Positions 39,201 through 50,800 of a stretch of DNA of 64,000 nt are shown here, one piece after another. The stretch's first letter is position 1. Each line of letters opens with the position of its first letter. Below the pieces are notes generated by a model, which did no database searches, was not told the DNA's origin, and was given only the letters and a program-made list of their open reading frames with translations. The DNA comes from Tubiluchus corallicola (Eukaryota; Animalia; Priapulida). The position numbers and the translations under genes were made by a program. The stretch is taken from contig JAQGDQ010000104.1 in the NCBI GenBank assembly GCA_030141605.1, positions 496,001 through 560,000 of the forward strand, read 5' to 3'.

Positions 39201-39558
39201 TACAATATTTTTCTTGCACGACTTATGTACACTTATTTCGTCGCCGTTGCTAAAATCGTTAAGTTTATTTTCGAAAATTTTCTCATACAAAACAAATGAC
39301 ATTATGGCCCAATAGGGCCAAGTACTCCAAGGAATGGTAAGTCCCACCAACGTAGACTTTGGACAGTCACAAGTAATAACGTATCCACCTCCAAAATTAC
39401 CAAAACAGCACTGACTAAAAACTCTGGGATCAGCAGCAAATTACCTCTGCACTAACTTACTAATTCGATCAGCTGATTTAAATGATTTTGACTAAATCTT
39501 CATTGACGAAATTGAAATGTCTGCAAAATATCAATTTACCTTGCGCGTTCTTTGTCAT
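33206..39558 (-). CDS. BRME1: Probable BRME1 (C19orf57/MEIOK21)-like meiotic recombinase recruitment factor, ~1013 aa
   Basis: Exons 39540-39558 (ATG, MTKNAQ), 38291-38405, 37379-37436, 34506-36996 (alternative donor at 34443), 33452-33671, 33206-33344 (TAG), phase-consistent. Three blocks resemble vertebrate BRME1 as recalled: LPCSQVTGKFLPTFGKRKK, SDSQLCEAID, and DETPSINKLIEELRNINKLVMGTRREIADVRRL. The middle is long, acidic and low-complexity. Confidence 0.8.
33862..33900 (-). ncRNA. Candidate minimal type I hammerhead ribozyme variant (G3-C8)
   Basis: Minus strand TTGC-GTGAACA-C-GAC-cttaactgt-GTC-GAAAC-GTT-GCAG gives stem I tgc/gca, stem II gac/gtc, and a core with the C3/G8 pair swapped; AATAAA follows. 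Confidence 0.5.
34508..34822 (-). repeat. 105-bp (35-aa) coding tandem repeat x3 within the large BRME1-like exon
   Basis: SINQLSKSSGFPLEVVDCRQCTSPVKHELLEDNVV repeated three times almost identically. Confidence 0.95.
37608..38075. repeat. ~21-24-bp minisatellite (ccagaatcaccactcactctacct)
   Basis: About 20 degenerate tandem copies in an intron of the BRME1-like gene. Confidence 0.9.
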
Positions 39559-40324
39559 GAGTATGGCAGTTTAGAAGAATGACGTTTAGTTTACAAACTA
39601 CCTAAAAGCTTATTACCGTTCCAGTAATTCAAACCTTCAAAAAACAGGCCATATATTTTCACGTATTTCTTAGTGAATCAAGAACAATTTCTGGCTTTCA
39701 ACTTTGCAGAAGGAGGAAATACCATGACAGTACGGGATGCTTCGCCCTCTTGTGAGCGTGATTTGCACTAGTTACTGTTTCGGTCGTGCCTGCGAGTGCG
39801 TTACTTGCTTTCAGATCCAGAATCCAGGGATGTGAATAATGTTATTTTATCACTCATGCTTCAATTGTTTTATAGCAATCATACATGTTGCAGATATTAA
39901 TTTTATTTGTCAGACTTAAAAATCTACTTATTCAAATTATAAAGATGATTTTCTTCTGTCTTTTTCGATTTGTAATGGTTTTATTTAGTAAGCCTTGTAC
40001 AATTTATTAGGACGTGCTTTCAGACAGTGATTTAGTTTTGATGTTTGCTGAACGATATGGAAAGCCGATCACATCTCTAGAAGCTATGCAGAGCCCCATT
40101 TATGGGAACATATAGCAGAGAAGGCAGATTGGCCCATTGATGCTACAATGATTTGTCCAGGTTCAGTTTTCTCGAATGCTCTTTAGGCAGCTTACACACA
40201 TCAGTTAAACTCGGTTTGACAAATATATCAATTCAAAAGAGAGTAGAATTAGCACAGAACTGTGAGTGAAGTGTAGGTGTTAGCGTAACCTTGACTTCTT
40301 ACCATGTACTTCAGGTAAATTCAC

Positions 40325-40520
40325 CAGAAAGTTTGGTCTAGTGGTAACACATCTGCTTCACGTCTGGGAGTTTGTGAGTTCGATACCGTTCCTAGTAATG
40401 CCAAAAACTATAAAAAATTTCATGCACCCACTATTGTCCTGTCTGGCGCCTGATACTTTAGGCAAAAGTGGGGTAAGTGTTCTCTGCTATATGGTTGTAG
40501 TTTGTTATTTACAATCGGTG
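40325..40520 (+). mobile_element. tRNA-derived SINE (degenerate)
   Basis: A box tggtctagtgg, B box gagttcgatac, and body gtaatgccaaaaactataaaaa similar to the copy at 21716. Confidence 0.55.
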
Positions 40521-41813
40521 GTAATAGCTCTTTGAGCTAGTTCATTTTTCATTATTATATATGCCATGGCTTCTGAAAGGGCTGAAAATGATTGTTTCCA
40601 AAACAGTGAGTGAGAAAATGTAATGCATGATTTTATTATTGTTGCTCTTGTTGTCAAAATTAATGGGTGTACATAATTGTATAAATGACCTTTTTTGTTG
40701 TGTTTTCAGAACTTGATTATCATGTGATCAACTACAGTAAAACTTATTGCACCCCCCCCCTTTATAATGCTAACGTCCCTTACTGCCCAAATTTTTAGGA
40801 AAACAAAATATCTACATTTGCATCATAAGACATGTATATGTTAAGGCACTTCGTTATGATGCCAAACTCGCTTAATGTAAACTTTTTTTGCAGTCCCAAA
40901 GTGCTATAAAAAAATTGACTGCATTTTGTGTTGACTTTATATTATTGCACGTATTTAAATGCTTGAAGTTGTAATCTATCAAACATTTTACACAAAAAAT
41001 AAAACGAAGCATTTTCAATAGAATATCAATGGTTTACTTTGTCATAATTCGACTATGTTAATTTGTAGTATGCACAATTCATATAAGTTTATGTTACTAA
41101 TATGTTATGATAATTAGCCAAAGTGCATTAGTGAAAAATTGCTACCAACTGTTAACTGGACTACAATAAGGCAAAAAGAAAAAATTGTAAATTTAAATGA
41201 AAAAAGTGTCTTTATCATATTTTTTATTAACTACTACAAAAAGAATAATGTTTCTATAGTTAATGTTGACGAAGTTGTTTTAAGCTCTTTCCTGACAAAC
41301 AATTGCTATTAATTGACATAAACATGCAGCATGGGCATGAAAACTGGAGGAATGCAAGAATGCAACTGGATTCAAATTCACGGAAAGCAACATATTGCAG
41401 CAGCAGCAGTTCTCATTGCCTTCTAGGAAAAAAACCAAATTCGCAGCTCAATTTTTTAAAATAGTTTATTTTCTCCAGGCAAAGCAGTTCAGAAAAATAA
41501 ACAATAGAAACAATAAGATGATCAGTAGGAACAATCACTTTAGTGTTGTCCTATAATTGACTGTCCACCATTCACAACACCATGTGACCATAATCAATTT
41601 TCGGAAAGTCCTAATCTCTGTAATGTAGCTCTTGATGCCACTCGCTTTTGGCAAAGGTCTCTGGTGACAAGGCCCTTGGCATGGTTTAAGGGCCGGCGAA
41701 GGACCTGCTTTTCTTCCCCAGCGATCACATTTCACTTAACACATGGTCAACTACACTAGCACCCTTTTTTGGTTGTGTCCAGTGCAGTTTGCCATCACTG
41801 ACCAGAAAATGTG

Positions 41814-44800
41814 TCATGTGTTGATGTTAATGATAAAATCCCATGACTGCTTTAAAGTCAGCTGGTGCAGCTCGGAATTGGAAAATTTCATTGTTCCGGT
41901 GCTGATTCCAAAAAGCCTGCAAAATTGAAAATAGTTTTTTTATGGGGAACGAAAATTTTTATGGGGAGCAAAAATTGAATTGCTCAAGTGAAAATTTTCC
42001 TATGTAAAAGCCTACTTTAGTTTTATTAAAAAAAACCTTTGCAAAAATCGTATTATAAATGACAGCAAGAGTTAGTAAACCGTCATCTGGTAACTCATCT
42101 TACATGCTCAACTCAAGTTGTATAACGAAGAAATTCGTATCAAGAAAAAACAAATTTTCCAAAAAAAAATCTGGGAAAAATACAAATTTTACAAGATCTA
42201 AAATGTCTGAAATACGCAATGCAGCACAAAAAGTAAATTTTACAAAAACTCCTACAAAAAATAGGAATTTTATAAAAATCCTAAAACGTGTGAACTGTTC
42301 ACAGCCAACACAGCACAATTACTTTTTTGGACATGCATCTAGGCAACTGGAAACAATTTTGCAGAAAGCATCATTACTTTAGATTCTTGGACATTCATGC
42401 TGGGATATTATATGAACAGCCAATTCCACAGTTCGTTCTAAAGTGTAATTTATACCCTGTTCACTCTTGAATGCTTGCTATGAAAGAATGTCAACAATTC
42501 ATCAGCGGATCACAAACCCTTACATCCAAATACAGCACAACTTTGCCGCTGGTCCTTCGTGACAAAATATCAAAAAAATATGACTTAAAGATTTTGATGC
42601 TTGGATTATGTGAGGTTTGTTGCAAACCAACGTAGCCTTAATTAAAACGCTCACCTGAGATATGTCCTAACGACCCATACAAGGAAGAGTGACAACAAAA
42701 TGTTGAAAGTGTGACACATCCAAGATGTCCTGCAAGAAATGGAACAAACATCAAATAACAATCCAAAAATGACCTTAACGAAAATCAGTTAATGAAGGAT
42801 CATAAAATAAGCTCAGTATTGCCATTTCAGTATAAAAACAATTCAGTATTGCAGTCCGATGACAGGCTAGCGCCACCTTGTAGTGACGTTGGATTTCCTT
42901 TTCTTGTATTTGATTGGCTAGTACATCAGTTAAGATAATGTTATAAAAAGAAGTTGAGTGGGCTGATGTTGATATTTTAACATGGCTTACAATTTGAGCT
43001 TTGGCAAGAGTCCAAATGCATGCTCGCACATTACTTGAAGCAAACTTTTGCGAAATATCCTGCCACGACATACATTATGGTAACTTTGGTTATTGAAACA
43101 TCATCAAAAAAATCTTGCCGAACGCAAAACCTTGGTGACAGACGTCAAAAAGTGATGAGCATTTACCTTTCTTTCTTTGCACTGCAACATGATGTGATGA
43201 AACTGTATTTCAGACATGTATGCCATAATAACAAAAATATGATTCTAGTATATCAGGTTGTTAATTTTATAGAAAATCATGCACTCCAATACTTGAAACA
43301 ACACTAATTTTTATAGTGAATAAGACTTTGCGGCGTTTGCGAGTATGTGACAAGTGTGATCGAAGTTCTAACCACTCTGATTTGGTACCTCTCACCCTTA
43401 CAAGCCCCACTCATAGAGATGAGCTGACAACAGCTTGGCACTCTGATTTGGTACCACTCACCCTTACAAGCCCCACTCATAGAGATGAGCTGACAACAGC
43501 TTGGCACTCTGATTTGGTACCACTCACCCTTACAGGCCCCACTCATAGAGATGAGCTGACAACAGGTTGGCACTCTGATTTGGTACCACTCACCCTTACA
43601 GGCCCCACTCATAGAGATGAGCTGACAACAGCTTGGCACTCTGATTTGGTACCACTCACCCTTACAGGCCCCACTCATAGAGATGAGCTGACAACAGCTT
43701 GGCACTCTGATTTGGTACCACTCACCCTTACAAGCCCCACTCATAGAGATGAGCCGACAACAGCTTGGCACTCTGATTTGGTACCACTCACCCTTACAGG
43801 CCCCACTGATGGAGATGAGCTGACAACAGCTTGGCACTCTGATTTGATACCACACACCCTTACAAGCCCCACTCATAGAGATGAGCTGACAACCGCTTGG
43901 CAGAAAATGCACCTTAAACATGTAACTTTCATTTATCAATGCTGATATGCTGTCTACCAAATTTTCAACATTTTGAGGAACACTGTTTAAGGAAAGCCAA
44001 TCCTCGAACAACATTTATTGCATTTTAATATACAATTAAAAGTATTGACATCAACACACAATATACACCATCTCAGACTTGGCTTTTGCTTTCGGCTGTT
44101 AGATGAAAAGCTATGTATGTAAAGAAGCCAAAGGTAAACATACCTCATTAATGAATAAAGATGGTCTAGCAATGACGCCAGAAGAAGAATTTGGAACACC
44201 AGAGCAGGTAAATACTGATGAAGAAACAGTGAAGCATCTGTCGTGAAGTAAACGGCATAGTTGCAGATGTATCCGACCAACAAAATTTCGCCTAGCTGGC
44301 AGAACTGTATCCACGACTCTAAATGACAATAAAAAAATGAAAAGTATTATATAATACTTTCCAAATTAGTTTGCAAATAGCCAGGATTATCCAGGTTTAT
44401 CCTATATGTTAGTACAGGCTGCCTATAGTCCTCAAATCCAGACTGCCATCCTCAAACTTAGACGGCCCTCAAGTTTTGGTAAAATTTGGTGAAAAACCTG
44501 TTTACCCACTACGGTGGTAATGAAATATGTCCTTTAGTACTTGATTTGCAGTAAATAGTAAAATAGTGGCATTTCTTAAAGAATATTTTTAATGACAAGC
44601 AAAAAGATAGCTGTTCTAGTTTATTTAAAGAGTTTGTAATAAGTTTACTTCAAGCTACACAAATGTTGCTAAAATGGGTCATGAGTAGAAAATATTCAAA
44701 ACAGGTACGGGTGAGTTAAAGGGTGGTTCAGTTTGAGGGGCCCCAAAAGGTTATAATCCAGTTCTGGTCATAACAAAGCTGTTTCTCATCATGTGTAAAA

Positions 44801-47800
44801 AAATAGATGCAGCAAGAGTTACCTTCACTGATGTCGTAATGCCGTCGTCGGCGCCGCAACAAGTAGAAGACCATCAGTAAAACAAAAACTCCTACGGCTG
44901 CAGTTCCCGCATACCAAATAACATAGTTTCCAACAAGATGAATCTGGGCCTGAAATGGGGGATTTAAATGCAAATTTAATTTCAACATTGTTAACTACAG
45001 TAATCATTCATCAATAAGCCTATTCACGGTTTTGCTATGCCCACGAACAGTTACTGTTGGTCAAAGATTAAGTGAACCCCAGCAATGCGTCTTAATTACA
45101 ACTGTCACGTGACACACAGGTGAAGCAAAATCGTCTGCCACATCAGTTCAGTAACTTCAGTTGCGACGCCATTTCCTCATCGTTTTAGCTGAGCATTAGT
45201 CTGTGCACAGAGTGATTTACTAGTAGAATCTTGCTTCGGAACAAGAAAAATTAACTAGGTAAGGCTCTAGCTAGCTGTTGAAATGGTTACTATTATAACA
45301 GCATGAGCTGCAAGATGTGGTCAAGTCTACATAAATGTGTTGCCTAGTTCACTTAACCTCTGACCTTTTCACGATCATCATCAATCACTGGAAGTGCAAA
45401 ACGGCCGATTACCAATTCAAGAACATGAGCAGAGCATTATAAGAATGAGCTATCAATCAGAGAAACAATACACTATCTAAAGGATGTGTTATTCACTGGC
45501 ATCGGGCAACACCAAGTAGCATGAAGCAATTTGAAGGAACAAACAGGAAACATTAGAAAGTGTTAAGAATGTCAAGGGAAAACCTGAGTTAAGGACCACC
45601 AAGAACAACTAGAAATAAGAAGGTTAATTTTTGACCTAAAATGGTTTATAATACTTGTAATAATCATATAGTATTACTGTTTGATGAATTTTTCATGTAT
45701 GTTCCCCCATTGTTTATGCTTAGGGGACATAACTACAAATTATGTAAAAACTATTGTAGACTGAATATTAGCAAATTTTCTTTTTGTAACAGAATCGTAG
45801 ATATTTAGAATTCTTTAACTTCGGCACAGTTAATGCTTCTACTGTCAAAGTTTTTACATCATTGTTAGAAAAGGAAAACTTGTTGCAACACTGTAAATTT
45901 GATTGTAACTTTTAACAGAGAGTCACCTATAAGTGCTTCCCCTAGCTGGCTTTTCCCTTTTCTCTTACATTACTATGTAATACTATATTGGAAAGAATAA
46001 AATCACGCATTAAAAAGCTAAATAGAGTAAATGCCAATGATTTGAGTTCTACTAATTATCATACTCAGCATTGTATACAGTGAATACTAGATGTTTTTTG
46101 TCTATGACATTGTTTAAAAGTTCGGCTTAATCTTTGCGATCATTCTTGACTCTAATTTCATTACTTGACACTCTTGGTGCCAGCACCGATGCAACTTGAC
46201 ACCCTTGAAACTTTTCATTGATGATATCTGACATCATCTGATGCTTCTTTACACTCCCAGATGCTGCTTGACGTTAATTAGTAGGAAAAATTAATAGGCA
46301 GCCTAAAGCTACTACTTTGATTTGACCTGAAAGTGGAAGAGAGTCAATGGTTTTTGAAATGGAGGGAGTGTACCTTACTGTCTTTTGAGACTAGAAACTA
46401 AATGTGTGCTTGCAAACCAAAACCATTCATAAGGCACTATAGTTAAAACTATTATTACAATACCTCAAAGTAAAATGCACCAAAAATTTGGTCAAGGGTC
46501 AATTTTTTGTTTTTTATAAAAACAAAAGCTAAATATATTGGACTTTTACATTCTAGTTTCAAATCATCAGGAAAATGCTCTAAAAATAATAAAAATTTAT
46601 TTTATAACCCCTTACTCACTTCTCTGTCTAAAACTAGTGCCGTAATTGTGAAAAACTCGGTATTTTCAAACTTCGATAGTTGTTCATGCTAGCAATCTTT
46701 TTGCTTGGAGCTTTTTCTGTTGTCAAGCCCAGATCTTCATCTGAAGGAGCTATCTACTGGGTTTAAACATAACTTCAATATGTTTTTGCAAAATCCATAG
46801 CAACCAGACTTTCGATTGGTTGCTAAGTGTTTTTGTAGAAGAACAACAAAAAACAATGGTGAACTTTAACAGCAATTTTCTCAAGATTAAGTTTTCCAGT
46901 GCTTAGAATGCACCTCAGCTTCAACGTGGATTATCTCAGCTTAGAAATAACATAGAGCAATGAGCTTGGTATCAAAATGATCCTCATGAAATGGAGATTC
47001 GTGATGTGTGAATTACTAGAAAAGCTTAATTTGTCGAGTTATAGAAATATGTTGAATTAATTGCCATTTTGCCATTCAAGCACACACGCATGCATGCACG
47101 CACACACACATACACAAGTTATGTACATAAAAACTATTCCTCGTATCACTCGAACTGCTTTGAATATTGCATCACAAGAAAAGCTTACTAAAGACTTGCG
47201 AAAAGAAGGTCCAAAAAAACTTACATTTGACTCTCCGTCCACCCAGTACGCTGTCGTGCGGTCAAGCAGTGGCCACTGCAAGGGTGCAGAACTATACATG
47301 TGTTCTATGGGTTCTTCCATTTTGGCCAGTGCAGCAAGCACCTTTTTCTGAAAAAAAGTTTATATTTAGACGAGTTTACAGCGATAGTCTAGTTTAGATT
47401 AATTTATTATGGTTTATTCAAACTTACAGCACAAAGTTTTTACAATTACAAGTACAATATGAAATAAAATCAAAAAATTAACTTAAATCTTATTTAAAAT
47501 GATGATGCCAATAAAAAATCACATTGAAACTAATTCAATACATGAAACAGCCAGAGTCTAAGAATCAACATGATGTTTATTAAGCACAGACGATCGTTTC
47601 CACGGTAACCATCATTGTCAATGATTTGGCTTCTTATTTCTAGAGTTGATAATGACAGATGCTGTTGAAACGACCATATTAACTTTAATAAGTACGTTGA
47701 AACTAATTCAGATTAAACAGTTCCATTTTACAATGATTAGAGTTTACGAAGTTTTGTTTATTAAAACGCGATGTTAAAAGTATAAGTATCTTTATTTTTC

Positions 47801-50800
47801 ACATTTTTACAAAAGAAACAGTGCATAAAACAATAATGCAACAATACTACTATAATGATTAGTATATCTGAGATATGACTGGCGAAGAACTAAAAGTTAT
47901 CAAGGTCAACCACCCTGAGGAAATAAAAGTATCTTTATAAAATTATCTTGACGTTGTAATTTTTGGGTAATATAAGCTGGTAGCCATGGTGATCAGAATA
48001 ACAATGATTTGGAAGCAAACTGAATTCTTGTTTTCTAAGTTTCATTAATTATAATTTTTGCATCGTGCATTTCTGATATGCAAGTGTCATCGCCAGTCTA
48101 AGTAAGGAATGGCTATATGTGTGCAACGGCAGAAAGATAAAAGACATCATAAAATCTGGCTTCCTCGTTAGTAGAGTTTGCGTAATAATAAACAATTAAG
48201 TGTGTTCGTATTTCATATGTTACACCATTTGGCACAATAGTTTATAATCGGAACCTGCTTCCCTTTAACTAAGTCAGTTTAAACCAACATTAATAATAAG
48301 TAACTGAACTGTATAAAACTTAAGTCACGCATTCTATCATTAGCAAAATGTACTTAAAAATTAAATGACTATTATAATTATGAATAGTTATAATATTAAA
48401 AAGTGATAAGCAGATAAAACAATTTTTATAAAACCCGGAACATACATGCACTTCCACAAACTTTTCCCAAAATGACAGAACAGTCGGACGAGTGGGAATC
48501 AGATCATCATCTCCAATTTTCATTTCCCTTTCTTCTCGGCTTTTGAAATCTGCAAAAAAACAAAATGTCTGCCATGTACAAGTAACTAATCAACTAATCA
48601 GATAATAGCTTTTATTCCTACACTAAAATTTTCAAGTGAAAATCAAGAGCTAGATACAAAAATTCACGCTGCTGAAAAATGACGTTTACTAGATAAGATT
48701 TCCATAAAAAGGAAATACGGCAGTAGCCGCTTAATAGACTCAGTCACTTAATTGACTTAAAAATGGCTGGAACGGGCAGCTTCTATTCAAATGTACATAA
48801 AAACTATCGGTAATTGACTCAAATAATTTCGCTTAATTGATTCAATATTTTTTCTTCATGTACTTAAAATAAGACATTTGTATGTACCCAAACAGCCTTT
48901 CCTACTTTTATGTCATCTTTACTTCATTTTTGTGCATTACCTATGGGATGCCCACACTGTATCTCGACACTAGGCGAAGGAGCTGCACAAACAGCCAACA
49001 GCTAGAGGGCGGAGGAGGTCAAGTGACCCAACAGCCATGTGTAGAGGAGTAAATCTTCAAAAGCAGGAGTGGAGCCCCGAAGGCAGACTGCTGCAGCATG
49101 CTCACTGACTCTGGCAGCTCCTGCAGCCAACCTGGTGCCAAACTTATAGCTCCGCTTTCCTTTGGACTACACCAGGGAGGAAGAGAGCGGGTACCTGTTG
49201 TCTGGGCAACTCAGAATCTCCATATACCTTGCCCAGGCATGCGCCCTGGAGTGGTTCAAGGATCGGACTGCTCAGCCACAGTCGACGCTGCAGCTCCATC
49301 AATGTGATCAATAACTGACTCTCTTGGCGCACACTCCATTGTCTTCCGAGACAGAAGGATGCCAACAATGTAGAAACAATCATGTTAAGTACCGTTTTGC
49401 TTGTAAACAGCTAGGCTAGCATATTAGCGCATGACAATTAAACATGCTTGCGAACAAAGCAGTGCTTAACAATACTGTTTCTACGTACATTACAGTGCAC
49501 AAAAGCGAGGCTGGTGAGCCTACACAGAAACAGACTGTTGCATTTTGCTACTGGTAGGCTGTCACAGTATAATTAATGACCACTGACCCCTTGCTGACCA
49601 TTCTGTTACATGCATCTAAAAGTACACTACTTTGAAATACACATGAAATATTTGAATTAATGGCTTCATAAGTTTCTTGTCAAAGCAGCAGCTTCTCTGT
49701 CTGACTTTCACATTTGAACGCCGCGAGGAGTTTGAACTTGAACAATTTGACTTTTAGTAGAACATACACATCACTGTAAGTTTTGCACATACCTTTTGTA
49801 AACCTATGTTCCTCCACGTTCCATATAACCGCGTCACGATTCCGCGTGCTCAGTCCCGCAGTGACTTCGAACTGATTGAAAGCCCATTCAGGTAGATGCT
49901 TTCCAATAGTCTAGCAAAAGTAGCATCATAAGTTAGTTTCCATGCCAGATTTCTGACTCAGAAACTGACACACAAACAAGCTCGCATACTACTAACAGAA
50001 TACATGAAATGCAAGTCTGTGAGTGCAAAATGATTTGACCGTGCACTGGGTTCGATATTACGCTTGGCCGATCACTGTAATGCTTGAAATAAAAAAGGAT
50101 CTAGCCAATTTGGACAATTTATTTAATTGCTATTAATGACTCAGTCATGTTAGCAATTAATAACTTTACACAAACTAAGACCAAAATGCAATTACGTACA
50201 AAGAGAAGCAATTTACTTTAAGTGCCAGATGACTTGTTTCAGTTCAAGTAATTGTAAGCTAGGCAATTTTATTTTTAAACCGAAAAAGTCATCTAGTCAA
50301 ACAATGTAGAAAATATGGATAGTAATTGAATAGGTAACCACTACTTCTTTTTGGCAGCTTGATCTCACCTACCTAGTTTGTTGTGGAAACTCTACAAGCA
50401 TTGAAAAGTGGATATAACATCTCCACTGGTTCAACATCTTTGCTGAGAGCTTTATCTGTCATCATAAGTAGATTCTGGTCCGTCCACAACCATCAATATT
50501 AGTTGTAATCCCTGTCATTCTGTGCCAGATGGATACATGCTTAAGGGATTACGTTATTTCCAAATGCCAAATTATATTAAAGAAGACATAAATTGAAGAT
50601 TACCATCAATTCACTGGATGTGTTCACATGTACAAAGCGCACGTGAGAATGAACTGCCTTCCACGTATTGTCCTTCTTCTGACGATTAATGATCTCCTGC
50701 AAAAACCAATGACAACGTCCAGTGAAAATCATTAGTTTCAATACAATAAGCCGGCAGTGATTACATTTATAAAGGAAATTTTACTTAAAAATCAAGTATT

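Noticed and set aside
48940-49383. GC-richer segment with ORFs of 69 and 79 aa
   Set aside because: No phase-consistent fit to POMT1 or recognisable protein; probably a retroelement 5' remnant, too weak to classify.
49510-49540. ctggtgagcctacacagaaac hammerhead-like string
   Set aside because: Core is mutated and helix II cannot pair.
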